NCBI GenBank assembly: GCA_964304625.1
Contig: OZ199838.1
Coordinates: 16,909,469 to 16,973,468, forward strand
Reading direction: 5' to 3'
DNA from: Kudoa neothunni
Taxonomy: Eukaryota; Animalia; Cnidaria
Length of the DNA stretch: 64,000 bases
Shown: positions 38,626 to 51,849 of the stretch, piece after piece
How positions within the stretch are numbered: position 1 is the stretch's first letter
Layout: every line of letters begins with the position of its first letter
Made by a program: the position numbers and the translations under genes
The notes under the pieces: generated by a model
The model's database searches: none
The model's input: the letters and a program-made list of their open reading frames with translations, nothing else
Told to the model about the DNA's origin: nothing

Positions 38626-40503
38626 CAGTGGGAAACCGATTTTGCACATTTTTCTCGACCATCTTTTTGTCTAATTTCTGTTTGATATCAATTAAATAAT
38701 ACAAATGACGAGAACTAATTCTAAAATTGTTAGAACTTTGAAAGAGAAGTACAAAATAATAAAGTATTTCGAAAGTTTACCCTTTAAACACGCTAAGATA
38801 GCAATAGTAAAACATTTCCTAATTTCGAATATTCCCACCATAAATGGGATTCGTCGTAAGAAAGAGAAAGTAATTTCTATTATTGAAGGAGGATTGGCAT
38901 CAAGTAAAAGAAAAAACATTCATAATGGATCAAACATTGGTTATGATCACGGTTTTTATGATTGAATCTGTTTGATAAGGGATAAAAAATTGAAATCACC
39001 GCCTCTGATATCATAAATAAAAGAATTGAGCTTTCCGTTGAAAATAAGAAGCCAGAAAGTGTGACAATAGGGTGGTTTAAGGGTTTTAAAAGCGAGTTAA
39101 ACTAAGAAAAATTAATTTCCATGGCGAAGCCGCAGGTGTGGATTCTGCAGTTGTTGAAGAATGGATTCCACAACTTAAAGACATGTAAAAATTATAGCTC
39201 AGATTGTATATCTAATATCGATGAATCTGCATTATTCTACCAGCAACAGATAGGAATATGTAGTTTTTTAACGTTTTGATTTATTTTGTAGGTAAAAAGT
39301 TTGTAGTTTCATCAGAGAGAAATATGAAGAGGACCAACCAATGTATGAAGCGAATAACTATTTTATTAGGTGTCTCAATGAGTGGTGAAAAGCTCGAGTC
39401 ATTAATAATCGACAAACACAAAAACCCTCGTTGTTTTATGAATATTAAATAACTTCCGGTGTCATATGAAAACAATAATAAAGGTTTGATGAATAACGAC
39501 GTATTCTTGAGATATATAACCAAGCTTGATCAATTATTTGAAAAAATGAATAAACATGTGTTATTGTTTCTTGATAATGCATCCTCTCATTGTAAACAAA
39601 AATTGAGCGTATTCAAATGATTTTTTTCCAAAAAAAACTACGAGTATTTCACAACCTTCTGATCAGTGGATAATATATTCGTTTAAATATGCCTACGAAA
39701 TAGCTATGATTAAGCGATATATTGCTCGTGTTGAAACAGGTATTGATCCCATCCATCTGAACATATTAGAGGCAATGTTTCTTATAAGAGATGCTTAGGA
39801 TATGGTTGCTCCTGAACAAATTAGAAATTGTTTTAAAAAAGCTTATTTTCTATTGATAAATTGTCCTCTATAGCACTAGGCGATGATTTAATTATAAAAA
39901 TGCATCTAATAGAGAAAGCAATGATAGCATATGCCCAGAGCAAATTAATGATGAAATAAACGAAATGATTCAGATTCTGGAGGAGGAGGATAAAATTGGT
40001 CGCTTATATGATGGCTATTCTACATTAGATTTAGATAGTAGGGACAATTCAGTGGACTTTGTTAAGTATGGCGAAGGATCTGGTGAGGAAATGCTTGAAG
40101 ATAAATCTGAAGATACCCCTATTCTGAATTTCAAAGAGGCTACTGATTCCATCAGCGAACTTAAATAATTATTTCTGAAAAATGATGTTGATCGATTTAG
40201 AATACTTTAAAATCTTGAGAACGACGTATACGATATCAAGTGGAAAAATATTAAACAATCGAAAATAACAGATTTTTTCAAATGTTAGAATATAAATATT
40301 GTTTATTTTACTGTATTGAATTTCATCTTTATCTAAATAAATTTCCTCGGCGATTAAGAATTAAAATTTTACCTTTAAGTGTTAAAAATATAATGTTAAA
40401 ATATTGCCTGCGCGCACACAAAGGTGTGGAAAATCGGTTCTGGATCGATTTTACACACTTTTTTCATGGTCTGGAGAGAATATGCAAAATCGATTGCCTA
40501 CTT
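38626..40503 (+). mobile_element. pogo/Tigger element with both ends, degenerate
   Basis: TA|CAGTGGGAAACCGATTTTGCACATTTTTCTC with a matching inverted end followed by TA (40504-40505). Transposase from 38705: psq-HTH (RTLKEKYKII), FHGEAAGVD, NIDESALFY, SGEKL, LFLDNASSH, ending KQSKITDFFK. Confidence 0.9.
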
Positions 40504-41639
40504 TACTCCAATAACAATATGTTAGTTCTTTAAGAATTCATTAGATAAACCAATAATTTCAACGCAACATTTTCTGAATTTAGTTAAAGCAAAATTTTAA
40601 AAAATTAATAATTTTTTTATAAAAATAATTAAATGTTTGTGCACAGTTAGAAAATCTACCAATTGAATAATGTCTTTAAAAAATATCAGAAAATCTGTTA
40701 TAGCGGAAGAATTTTTCTTTTGAATTCACTAACATGAAGGTTTTGAAATCAGAAAAGGATTATTAGACGTAAAATTCAAAAAATTATATAGTTCGTTTGT
40801 GGCACTTAAATAATTCTATATTCACACTTTCGACAAAATGTTACATTTACATAAAACCAGTTATTGAATAGTATTAAAAAATGTTTATTTCAACATTTTA
40901 GATTTCTTACATTTACTCAAATAGCGTACGCTAGAAATTTATGTATGATACAATATTATTTTTATTGAATTTATCTACATAACCTTAAAAATCGTCTATT
41001 TTATATTTTGATAATAGCTGTATTATTTATTAAGTTACGACAAACATAACAGTCTATAATTTTTTTAGAAGACAATGGACACATAAAAATGCAAACATTC
41101 AAAATTAAACAATATTTGGGAACGATACCAGAATCGGTGGTACCCTCTTGCGCGAATATAAACTGAGAATTAAATGAGAATCGGCTTTAGAAGCGCGCTA
41201 TCGTCCACAGACATTTATACTGGCTAATTATAATATTACGTGGTTTATTTTTCAAGTCCGCGTATTTTATCATTGAGCAGTACTCGGACTACTTACCTTT
41301 ATATCTGTTGAGCTTACTAATCACACGCGAATCTAATTACATTATGTTAGGACACATTATTGATTTATATATGTCATTTTACGTAACTTTTTTTGGCGTG
41401 CAGCAACTTTCTATTTTAATATAATAACGAATCATGATGTATAACTTTAAAAAAATAGTTGAAAATTAAAGCTTTCAAAACTAATTTCCTAATACATTAT
41501 ATATGTGGATTAAAACAAAATGAATTTTCGTCGAATATAACAAATGTATTCCAAATGTGATTATTTAAATTATCAAATATAGAATATATTTCAGTAATTA
41601 AGTTTAAAATTCAAGTCGTCCCAATTGTTTTAGCATTTC

Positions 41640-42160
41640 CAAAAAGGGATCTTCCTTGTTTTTCAGATATTTTCGCTTGAAAATATGTGTAGAAATAACT
41701 AAATCAATATTTAATAATTTACCAATTATCGATATAAAAACCTTGAATACAAGTATTTTCTCGTTCCATTAGAAGGTAACAAAAGTTTCAACTGAAGCCA
41801 AGTTGATTCGATAGTGTTAGTGTGTGTGCTGTCTTTGGCGACATAGCACTCACTATGGTTTACCGCGCGATGTTGATAACCTAATGAGGACAACTTTTTG
41901 TGCACTTTTACTGCATCGGTATGTATAATGGTGTCTAAATACAGTTATATTGTTTTTATTTAAGATAAAAACCAGGTAAAATATATTTCTTGATCAATGG
42001 TATTAGAGTTTGATGGTTTCTTTTATTGACTGGGACGGCAAAAATATTGTCAGATCCCCGCTCTATACCACCAAATACCCACTGTCCTTCGATAGTTCTG
42101 CCGCGATTATACTTGCGTTTCCCGAATTACGATTCGTATATTTCGACGATTTTACCAGGA
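41640..42160 (-). mobile_element. Merlin/ISXO2 transposase remnant
   Basis: PGKIVEIYES*FGKRKYNRGRTIEGQWVFGGIERGS ... HRAVNHSE...THTNTIESTW. Confidence 0.85.
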
Positions 42161-42480
42161 TCTGATGAAATATTAATTATGAATAGAAAATATAATTACT
42201 CCCAATCTTTTGGGAGTTCATTTGGAGAATTTCTCCACACAGGAACCTAAATTCTTTTTTCCCGCCCCCAAGTGTGTTTAAGGAGGAAATCCTTAAATCA
42301 GAAATTATGAATTTATTCTTACATTCGTGGATCCAGTAATAAATAAGTAATAAAATCTTCTAAAACTATTATATATAACGTAGAGTAAATCCAAATACTT
42401 TAATTTTTAATGTTGAAAATTCGAAAATATAATTTTTACGTATTTTTCTGTTTTAATATAAAATTTATTTTCCATATGTA

Positions 42481-42567
42481 TGCTCAAAATGGAGCGATAT
42501 GTCTTTCTATATAACAATGAAAAATGCATACATACCCGTGTATTACTGATTTGCTTTCTACAGTAGA
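42481..42567 (-). mobile_element. Helitron-like 5' terminal repeat, copy 2
   Basis: Shares AAATGGAGCGATATGTCTTTCTATA...TGAAAAATGC...TTTGCTTT.TA.AGTAGAT with 1192-1285. Confidence 0.55.
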
Positions 42568-43445
42568 TCTCGTATTATTCTTTTTTCAATTATAATAATT
42601 CTAAGTTATAATCTCGTTATAATTTATTAATTTTGTATTTAAAAAACATTTAGGATTTGCGAATTGGTAAAAACCATGTTTTAATTCTTAAAATTAATGA
42701 TTTATAATTGGTGATTATAGTATTTGAGGATTTTGGCATCAACATTGTTGACATGTAACCCTGAAAAAATTTCTAAAACTAAAATTGTCGTGCAAATATT
42801 TTTTGAAACATAAAAGAATGCGCTAGCAACAGAATATCAGCCGATTCCTCGCTTTAGAGCGAAACTGGTTGACGCGTGCGCAATGAGGTACCACTGATTC
42901 TGATATGGAGGGAATTTGTAGGTTCACGAAGCATTATTCTTTGAATATTAATTACACGAATTTTTAAACTCAAACGACGTCATATGATTTGGTTTGGGTC
43001 ACGATTATTTATAACCCTTGATATGAAAGAATATTTAATTTTGAACCAAAAATTGCACTTAAAAGCAATGAAATTTGTTTAATTTAAAAGATATGTTGAT
43101 CTTCTTAATCTTACGATCAGTCCTCCACCGTCATGCGGCAACCGATTGTTACCAATAAAACGTCCAAATGTTGTGTAATATTATGCCTCTTTTACTTTCT
43201 AATTATTGATTCCATAATGTCTTTAGTTTTAAAAGAAAATTAAATTTTTCCTGTATTAACAATATATGTAAACACGAAAACATATAATGTGATCATTCAT
43301 GTGTAACCTCCCGAACCACAAGAATTTAGATATTTATTGACAATCAAGAAATTACTTAATAATCGTAACATCAGTCAGTTCATTATTGTGTTTAATATAA
43401 AATGTACGATTTTGATGTAATTTAATTAAGTTTAAGCTCTATTTT

Positions 43446-44346
43446 CAAGCGGGGTCTTGCGAGACCCCGCTTGGGCACACACGGTTTTTCAAATAGGTTG
43501 GTCACGGAAGGGTTAATCAAAACCCACAGATATTTTTCTATTTCCTTAATATCTATTTTAAAATTAGCAGTTTGTTGAGTAGCGTATAGATTTGATTCAT
43601 ATGCAATATTCCATATCAACTCATCAGTGAAAAAAAATTTGAAATACTCAATGGGCAATATGAAGTAATGCAAGTCACTAAAAATTGTCTATTTGATCTC
43701 TAAATTTTCGGATAGACTTGGAACGTTCTGTTTCTTTCACCACTTTAAATTTAATATTTTATCGTCATCGGAACCATTGGAATTCTTGATATGTTTCATC
43801 ACCCAATTGTGCCTCGTTATTTTGAATGATACGACATTCCGACTCATCTAACATCACATCCGGCTGTGAATTATCCGTATCTGGAAATACAATTACTTCT
43901 GTGATGGTTTTTCCATTTTCTTTCAGACTAAAAACAATATCGTGGTCCATTAGAATATACTATCGGAGATCCTCGAAGCCCAAAAATCCACTATAATTAA
44001 CCTGTGGAGATTTTTATGTTTTTGGGTATATTTAAATCACATATTAATTTAATTTATTAAATATTCACTTCATTTTTTAAAATATTAAATTTTTTTAGTA
44101 ACATTTTATGGTTTATTGTACTTATTTTTTCAAATGTTTTTGATTATTTCAGCGTTATAAAAAGGGAGGGGTTGTATCACACATTAAAATGACCATAAAT
44201 CATTTCTTAATATAGTATCCCCTTTGTTGTATAGAATAACATCTTATGTTTATCATATTCATAAATTATTCTTTAATAATTAATGAGCTCTAATATATAA
44301 GCGAATTAATTTGTGTCCACCAAAATGGGAAACGAGAACGAAAGGG
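43446..44346 (-). mobile_element. Nested piggyBac remnants
   Basis: Element end TTAA|CCCTTTCGTTC on the minus strand at 44346; N-terminal transposase fragment EYFKFFFTDELIWNIAYESNLYATQ...EIEKYL is cut at TTAA 43513-43516 by a second piggyBac end (...GGAAGGG|TTAA) carrying the palindrome CAAGCGGGGTCT-TGCG-AGACCCCGCTTG (43446-43473). Confidence 0.75.
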
Positions 44347-44489
44347 TTAAGGAAATCATCACAATTTATAATTTAAACCCTTAGTCAAACATGTTTTATC
44401 ATAAAAAAATACATAAATTATTATTATAAAACCGGTAGATATTTACTTATAATATAATTTATAAAGTATTGTAAGAATAATTAACAATA

Positions 44490-46245
44490 GGCAGTGTTTA
44501 TTTTGCCGGACGCGCTTTTTCTCATAAGATAATAATTCAATCTTTACCATTTTTTCCAAAAAATATCTTTTATAAATGCCAAATATAAATTTAGTTTCAT
44601 ATATTTTTTTAGTTAAAAGTTAGGCATCCAAATGCATCGAGAATACTTTTGATTCTTGTATAAGTATCAATGCAATATACTTTAAGTTTTCCACAAATCA
44701 ATGTATACTTCCCTAATAAAGCTAATTTTATGTAGTATGGTGGCATAAACGAGTAAAATGATCTTTATAATGCAGCTGTAATGTTGATAGTATCAAGTTC
44801 AATCATTGTGGAAGGAGAGTCTTATCAAACGCTATTTATGCAAGATGTTACACCCGACCTTAAGGTCGTTGACGCATTCAAGAATTTCAGAAAGGCTAAT
44901 GAATCAATGGAAACGTAATAAAAGCGGATGCACTTTTGTTACTGGATCGGATATTCTAGAAGATTTTCCGGTGATCTGCTAAATTATACGTCAAGTATGA
45001 GGACTGAGCGAGAGAGTACAGCAGTTAAAGAGTTAACAACTCGAAATGTTGAAAAATTAAACTCAGCCATTAACATAAGATATAACACATCATTAACGTT
45101 ATAAGCATAAAATATTAGGACAGTTGAAATAAATAATTGAATCGGATCATATTCGAATAGTTTTACATATTTCTTCTACCTAAGTATGAAGTTACCATAC
45201 AGCCGTGTTGTCTCTACTAGAAAGGAAACGAATACGGATTTATATGACAAAAAAAATTTGTATCTGGAAGGGTTACCAGAATTATTACCTTTCATTCATT
45301 CAAATGACCAAAGATATACGTATTCAGAATCATTTGTGTAATGTGCAGCCAGTTATTACAGAAATTTTGAGTCAATTATCTGCTCCGACTTTTAGATTTA
45401 AGCGATATATGAAGCTAAATTCTTTTCAATAAAATACCATTACTATGGTATGAACAGAGGGACTTAACACGATTTATTAAACAAAATTGTGAATGAACTA
45501 ATCTCGCTTATTTTCAATGGAATTCTTTGGATAAGGTAGCTCATTTGTTCCACCATTCATATATCAACTTAATTTAGTTTAAATAAACGTCTGAATTTAT
45601 TATCAACAACAATCAAAAAATTTCAGATTCAAAATGTAATGAGAGTGCCTTTGGTAAAAATTCCATTGTACATTTCGTTACTGAGGAATCATGAACGGAG
45701 AGGGTGGATATACAAGAAGCAGTTCGAGATTATGACACGTAAATAACTGATATGGGAATATTAGATATTGTAATTCACAAAATTATAGGAATAAAGTTGC
45801 CAACAGTAATGAAGTTGAGAGTTAGACCAAAAGTTGTACTACAAACAGCTATAGATTTTAAGAAAATTTTTTTTTATTATGTTGATAATAATGTAACAAC
45901 AATGTCGATATATAAGATTCAAACATAATTTTATGTAGTTACACAGTACCATTTATATAAAAATTAAAAAGTATATTGTATTAAATTTTAATGTTGTATA
46001 AATCATTCCGTGAGAATATTTATCTTATTGTGAGAATTATATAAAGTGAATGAATCAAATAGTTATACTACATCGTGGTTTCATTCTGATTTTATTGATA
46101 CAAATTAGTTATGTTAAAGTATATTCCTGAATTAATGAAACAATATTTTTATTCCGCATTTATAAAAGCTATTTTTTGTAAAAAATGGTAACGATTGAAT
46201 TATTATTTTAAGAGAAAAAGCTCGTCCGGCAAAATAGACAGAGCC
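44490..46245 (+). mobile_element. 1.76-kb TIR element with GGC termini, possibly ISL2EU-type with a YqaJ-like nuclease remnant
   Basis: 34-bp TIRs, 30/34 identical (GGCAGTGTTTATTTTGCCGGACGCGCTTTTTCTC versus inverted copy at 46212-46245). Internal decayed fragments QLSAPTF, YYGMN and FQIQNVM...FVTEE..ERV loosely resemble YqaJ motifs. The TIRs are solid; the family call is tentative. Confidence 0.65.
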
Positions 46246-46319
46246 ATTTTTGCAAGGTTTACAAAAGGGAAATTTTTCATTATATTTATATAAGTTGGAT
46301 TAAAATATTCGAAATAAAA

Positions 46320-46440
46320 AAAGCGTTAAAAAACCAAACTTGTTTTATGGTCAATGAATATTACTATTGATTGACTACATGTGCCAATAAACATCGGCGT
46401 ATAATTCATTTAACGAAGGTCTCAATTGAATATTAATATC
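46320..46440 (+). promoter_or_regulatory. Conserved upstream blocks shared by the two Kunitz genes
   Basis: AGCGTTAAAAAAC, ATGGTCAATGAATA, AAACATCGGCGTAT and TAACGA.GGTCTCAATT recur in the same order on the minus strand at about 58950-59065. Confidence 0.65.
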
Positions 46441-46471
46441 TAAGAATATCATTTATTATAACTGCTACAAA

Positions 46472-47877
46472 ATGTTATTTTTATTAACATTTGTTGTTGT
46501 AAACTACAATTATTTTAATATTAGATCAGGTACACTTCATTCATCCACGCTAATAATACTAATATAGAACCAGCACTTACTTCCTATGAAAAGGACATGG
46601 GTGAATTTAAGGATGGTGAGAATATAAACAACGAACTAACAAGATGGTTTATAAATAAAAAAACAGCTCAATGCGAAACTTTCCAATACAGAGGAACAAA
46701 GGGAAATTTTAATAACTTTAGAACGAGAGTAGAATGCGAAAGACATCGTAAATTCTCGATTGTTGTAATATACTAATTTCATATAGTTGAAAATCCTATT
46801 TATGATAAAATTAACGGATGCCTAGACCCTCCTAAGGTGGAAGGGTTTTGCAGTAATACAAACACAGATAAATGGTCATGGGACCCATCTAAAGCTCTTT
46901 GTGAGAGTTTTAAGTACACTGGTTGCGGAGGGAACAAAAATAGATATGATTCAGAAGACGAATGCAAAATATTCTGTTATAGTACGTTCTATACAAAATA
47001 TTTATTAATAACTACATTGATACGAAGATATGGAATACGGGAAACCAGCTACTGGGGTGAGTTTAACTAGTCAAGAAGATAAAGATAAATACGCTATTCC
47101 AAGTTATTATGATTGCCAGTTGAAACCAGACCTTCAAAAGAGAGATGCTGAGATAAAAGCTATCGCATTAATTAAAGAGAAACAATGTGTGTATGCAGCA
47201 GCAGGATTGAGTGAAGCTGGTAAAAAGATAAGAGGAGCATTCGATACTATAAACGATTGCGTTAGAAAATGCTTTCGTAGTTAATATTTTTATGATTTAA
47301 ATAATGTTTCAATAGCATACGAACATGATGAAGGAGCCAAGGACGAAGATAAAGCGAAACAAAAAATACCTGCGTGTAGTAGAGTGCAGCCTGATCAGTT
47401 CGCAGCACCAAGTTCAACTACCGGTGTAGACCCTACAATAAGATTCTATTACGATCATAGCAACAGGGGCTGTTCACGCTTTGAGAGCTGGCCTGGAGAT
47501 TTTAGCATATATAAAAACAATTTTCCTTCAGCCGAAATTTGCGAAAGTTATTGTGGATGGGGTAAGTTAATCACATAATCAAAAATATTTTTACTGGAAA
47601 TTAAATAGACAAGCCTGTAGAAGTGGATGCTATAGAAAGAGAACCTGTTTGTTATCTACCAAAAGCTGGAGAATACAGCGTGAATGATAATATTAATGGA
47701 AATCTAAACGTTAAAAGGTGGTATTTCGATAGTTCCGAAGATCAGTTTAAATGCCGTTGGTTTATGTTTGGTGGTCTCAATGGAAATGCTAATAATTTTA
47801 AATCATTCGAAGCTTGCAAAGTTATTTGCTGGCAACAAATGGACCCTGATGAAACGAATTTTACTGACGGAAATTAA
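46472..47877 (+). CDS. Secreted five-domain Kunitz-type protein, copy A (398 aa)
   Basis: Exons 46472-46529, 46568-46747, 46787-46981, 47028-47276, 47316-47561, 47609-47877; all introns phase 1, 38-47 nt. Hydrophobic leader MLFLLTFVVV; canonical Kunitz domain 2 (C..C..CESFKYTGCGGNKNRYDSEDECKIFC) plus four Cys-reduced Kunitz-like domains. Confidence 0.92.
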
Positions 47878-48299
47878 AATGAAAGAACTGGAGACGATCA
47901 ACAAAAAAGTTAACATTGAGATGTCTATTTTCAATATTTACATTAACCTATTATAATTAGTAAACCTTACATTACATTTACATTAAAATATTACTTTCAT
48001 CTAGCGAATGCTATAAAATTAGTAATACAGATTTTATCGATCAATAAGAAATAATTCTGCAATAAACGTGAGAGTAATTAAACAAAAGAAAGTTTTATCG
48101 TTGAAATATTTAGCTCAAATAAAGATAGATTTAAATTATTTGCGAAGAAGTGTTTTGAATATTTACGTATAAAACTAATATTATTAGCAGATAAATAATT
48201 GCGAGATTAATTATTACTTAATTTTCTGCCCCTTTTATATATTTTTAGATTTTACATAAGCTATCACAATACGATCCATTATTCTCATTAAATTTAGAT

Positions 48300-49180
48300 A
48301 AGATTGATCCTTTTAATTCGTTCTCATTTTTTGCTTCTGTAATTACAACTGAACTAGTCCAAATAATATGCGTTTTAAGGTTTAAAAGGGAAAACAAGTT
48401 AATTTGGAATGGATCAATCGTATTATTGAATCCTCCGTACTGATGGGTATACGCGGTATCGAGGATAGTAACTGAATTCTTTATATCATTGGGTACGCAG
48501 GCATGCTTTGTTTTAATGATACGTTTTCTTTAATTTTTCGCCATTCACAACCTTATCTTGAGCTTTGTGATATTTCATGTAACATTTATTCATGGGTTAC
48601 ACAACCGAATTATTTTTACTCTGTACAGTTTTGACGCAAAGAAACGGCGACACATATATTGTTGAATGATCCCTTTTGATCTCGTCATTAACGAGAATCT
48701 TACCTCCTCCACAAATCTTGTTTCTACCTTATATTTCCAATTCAGAACGCCCAATGTCTTTGGCATATTTAACTTTCATCTCACTTATAGATTCATAATT
48801 TTAACTCTTAGGAGTTGAATCGATAGATTTGATTGTGTAAAGAAAGCTCCGAATACTTCTATTAACTGTACTTATACTCACTGAATTTCCAAACCTATCA
48901 CTGAATAACCTGATAACATCACTAAGTCGAAGTGCACAAGTATGGTCAATCCAGAATAAAATGATTATCTGTTGACTGTAAGATAACTTCGGTTTTCTGT
49001 CAACTACATGCTTGTGAAATCTTACAACACCTTTTTGTTGTAATAGTCAATAAGTCTCCAAGAAGACTTGTATTTTGCGGAAGCGTTTCGGAAATATATT
49101 TTTCTTAAATTCGTTCTAGAGACTTTGCTATGATTTTTGTCCTATCCTCATCACAAATACTTACTGGGATTTTATTACGT
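48300..49180 (-). mobile_element. Tc1/IS630-like transposase remnant
   Basis: Minus strand RKPKLSYSQQIIILFWIDHTCALRLSDV...FGNSVSISTVNRSI (HTH region), then ILVNDE and VTILDTAYTHQ (similar to V.VMDNA..H). Confidence 0.55.
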
Positions 49181-49358
49181 TAACCGCTTCCAAAATTAAC
49201 TTTCATCCTACAAAATATGAGTCTATAAAATATTTACAGTAGAATTTATAAAATACACTATTTATATAAGTTTATTTTGTATTAATAATTATAAAGAAGT
49301 ATTTAATATCTTCATTACATCATTAATGTTTCTTTCAATCTCACTTGACTGCAACATA

Positions 49359-50830
49359 CAGTAGTGCAGGGATACTACGCACTTTTTTCGAACAAAACTT
49401 TTAGGTGCGTAGTATCTTTGCAGTATCCATGCTCTCGGGCGCGTCTTGTTGAATTGATCTTAGTGTCGCGCTTTCCTGTTTTGTATGCAACAATTTCGTT
49501 TGCTTTCTTATTTTATTAATAACTCGTAGATATTATTAAGTAGTTGGATATTAATCACATAAAACAAAAAATATAAAATGAATAGACCATTATAATTCCA
49601 AAATATACAGATTTTTTGAATAGTCCGTTATTTTATCATTCTTTTGTGAACCATGTCTTCTTTTTCAGGTGTAAAGATTCAACTTTGTTGTATTTTCTTT
49701 CTTAATTTATTTAAATTGTTAATGATTTCATTAGTAAAACAAATAATACCAGTTTTTTCGTAATTTCCATAAGTAACCGATTCATTCATTGCGCTGACTT
49801 CATTATTATTGAGGCATTTTTCTGATGGAACTCTAATTGAAGCAATTTATTCATCGTTTACACAATATTCAGGTAGATTCTCTGAGGAATTACTTCCAAC
49901 TGTCAGAATAATGTTTTCTGATCCACAGTTATTAAAAATAATGATTTTTTGAAAGGTTTTTGATTGTTTCTTCATTCACTAATTTCCATACTTTTTTCAT
50001 CATGTACATATCTTCAAATAAATCTATAGGATCATTAGTTAAGTTGTTAACAAAAACACAAGTGAAATCAGCGGTAACTTTATTTATAAAATAATTTGTC
50101 AGATGATTTTTGTACATGCATTAAAATTGTAAATAATTCCTTGGTCTAATAGTTGCAATACGTTGGCTGTTGTTATTGAAGGAAAACAGAGTTGAATGTT
50201 TGGAAAACTTTTAATAAATAATATGATTCTCCTTTTACATTGATAAAGTTCGCGCTTTTATTGCGTCAAACATTTTGAAAAAATAAAGTCTCCATGTTAG
50301 TCTAATGCCTAATAGGGACGTGGGAGGTCTTTTATTTTACAAAAGCAACAAGGTTTTCATGATCGCGAATTATTAATAATAGTCTTCTCTAGCACCAAAC
50401 AGATGGAAAAAATTGTTACTCTCTCATTCTTTGAATTTGTTAGAATCGCGCAAATTTCTCTTCATTTTGAACACAACCATACATTAAATTTCATAAAGAG
50501 ATGTAAATTTAAAGGACATTTTATCTTTTATTTATTGGCGAAAGAGTCCTATTTCATCAAAACTAAAAATATCCTTTGGATCGTTATTTTCGATCAACTT
50601 TAACAGTTGATATTTCCAAGAGGAAACTATTTCAGAAATAACCCTCTTGGACATGGATGGCCAAAAATTAATTTTTATCCTAAAAATCAATTAATATACA
50701 ACCAATTAATTTTAAAAACAGATTTTTAAAATCAATGATCGCGATTATTGGTGATAATCCAACATCACTGGAGATCATTTATATATCTCGAGATAAAAAT
50801 ATCCCATTAGTTATTTTGGTCGCAAATAAT
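49359..50830 (-). mobile_element. pogo/Tigger remnant
   Basis: TA|CAGTAGTGCAGGGATACTACGCAC end with an internal inverted copy (GTGCGTAGTATC); minus strand TTANVLQLLDQGIIYNF and VWKLVNEETIKN (DDE_1). The other end is not found. Confidence 0.7.
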
Positions 50831-51849
50831 TGTAACTAGAAATCTATTATATGAAGCAAACCGGAAATTCGTGTGTGTACGTGTTATGTACATAATCTCT
50901 TCCCAGCCCTGTACACAAACCTGGTAATTAGTTGAGTAATCCATTTAATCCATTTTTCATATTCATTGTATTTTTGTGTCAACGTGTTTTCCCTTGCTAA
51001 CGTTTTGCTAAACTTGGACACAACAGTACGTATTCTTCATAGAACGACTGCACAATCTCTGGTCCACCTTGTGCGGGGAACTTTTTGCAGAAATAAAACA
51101 TTGACATCAGACCCAAGCACATCCACATCATTAACGACAATTCGTTTCCATTTATAGTTACTCGCGAATCGGACTCGTAAGCTGGCCAACATACGCTGAA
51201 ACCCTAACTTGAATCTCGAACTTCTATATGCTTTCGTCACCTTGGATATAAACTTTTCCACCTTCAAACGCTTCTTCAATCACCGCCTTGTGGCTTAGAT
51301 GACAAAACTTTAACTTATATACATTAAATTTTTTTTCTTTAAACTTTGATATGTTTAGAACCAATGTACACATTATGTTCTCCATTAAAACTTATTCACA
51401 AAATTGTTTTGTTTTTATACGAAAACAAATACCACAAAATTTAATTGAGCTTTTCGATTTACACGTTGAAAAGTATGATTAGTCCTCTTTAATTAAATCT
51501 TATTTAAATTAATATTTATTATAATTGTCTATTTACTTCTCTCCATAAACATATCAGAGAACTAAATTCAGCTTTTAATTGGATCAATATGGAATCGACA
51601 ATTTCCATTTAATGATGCGCCTGAGATACGTGACGATCGTTCTCAGATAATGAATTTCTTGTTTTTGTCAACGGAATGTAATAATTTAATTGAACCTGAA
51701 TTATCATAAATATTTTGATTAAGGATAAAAGGTCTAAACATCCAATTGCAATAAATTTATACACGTCAAGCACTTAACAAAAATAATCAAAGGAAAAAAT
51801 TCTAATTTGCTTAAGTTGCCTTAATATTTCTATGAATTCATCCGTCCTC

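Noticed and set aside
46499-46524. Alternative 26-nt intron (GTAAAC...ATTAG) in the Kunitz leader exon
   Set aside because: Copy B lacks the AG and conserves the segment as protein with synonymous changes, so it is coding.
51055-51085. GPPC motif resembling a DNA cytosine methyltransferase active site
   Set aside because: Bounded by nearby stops with no other methyltransferase motifs; chance match.
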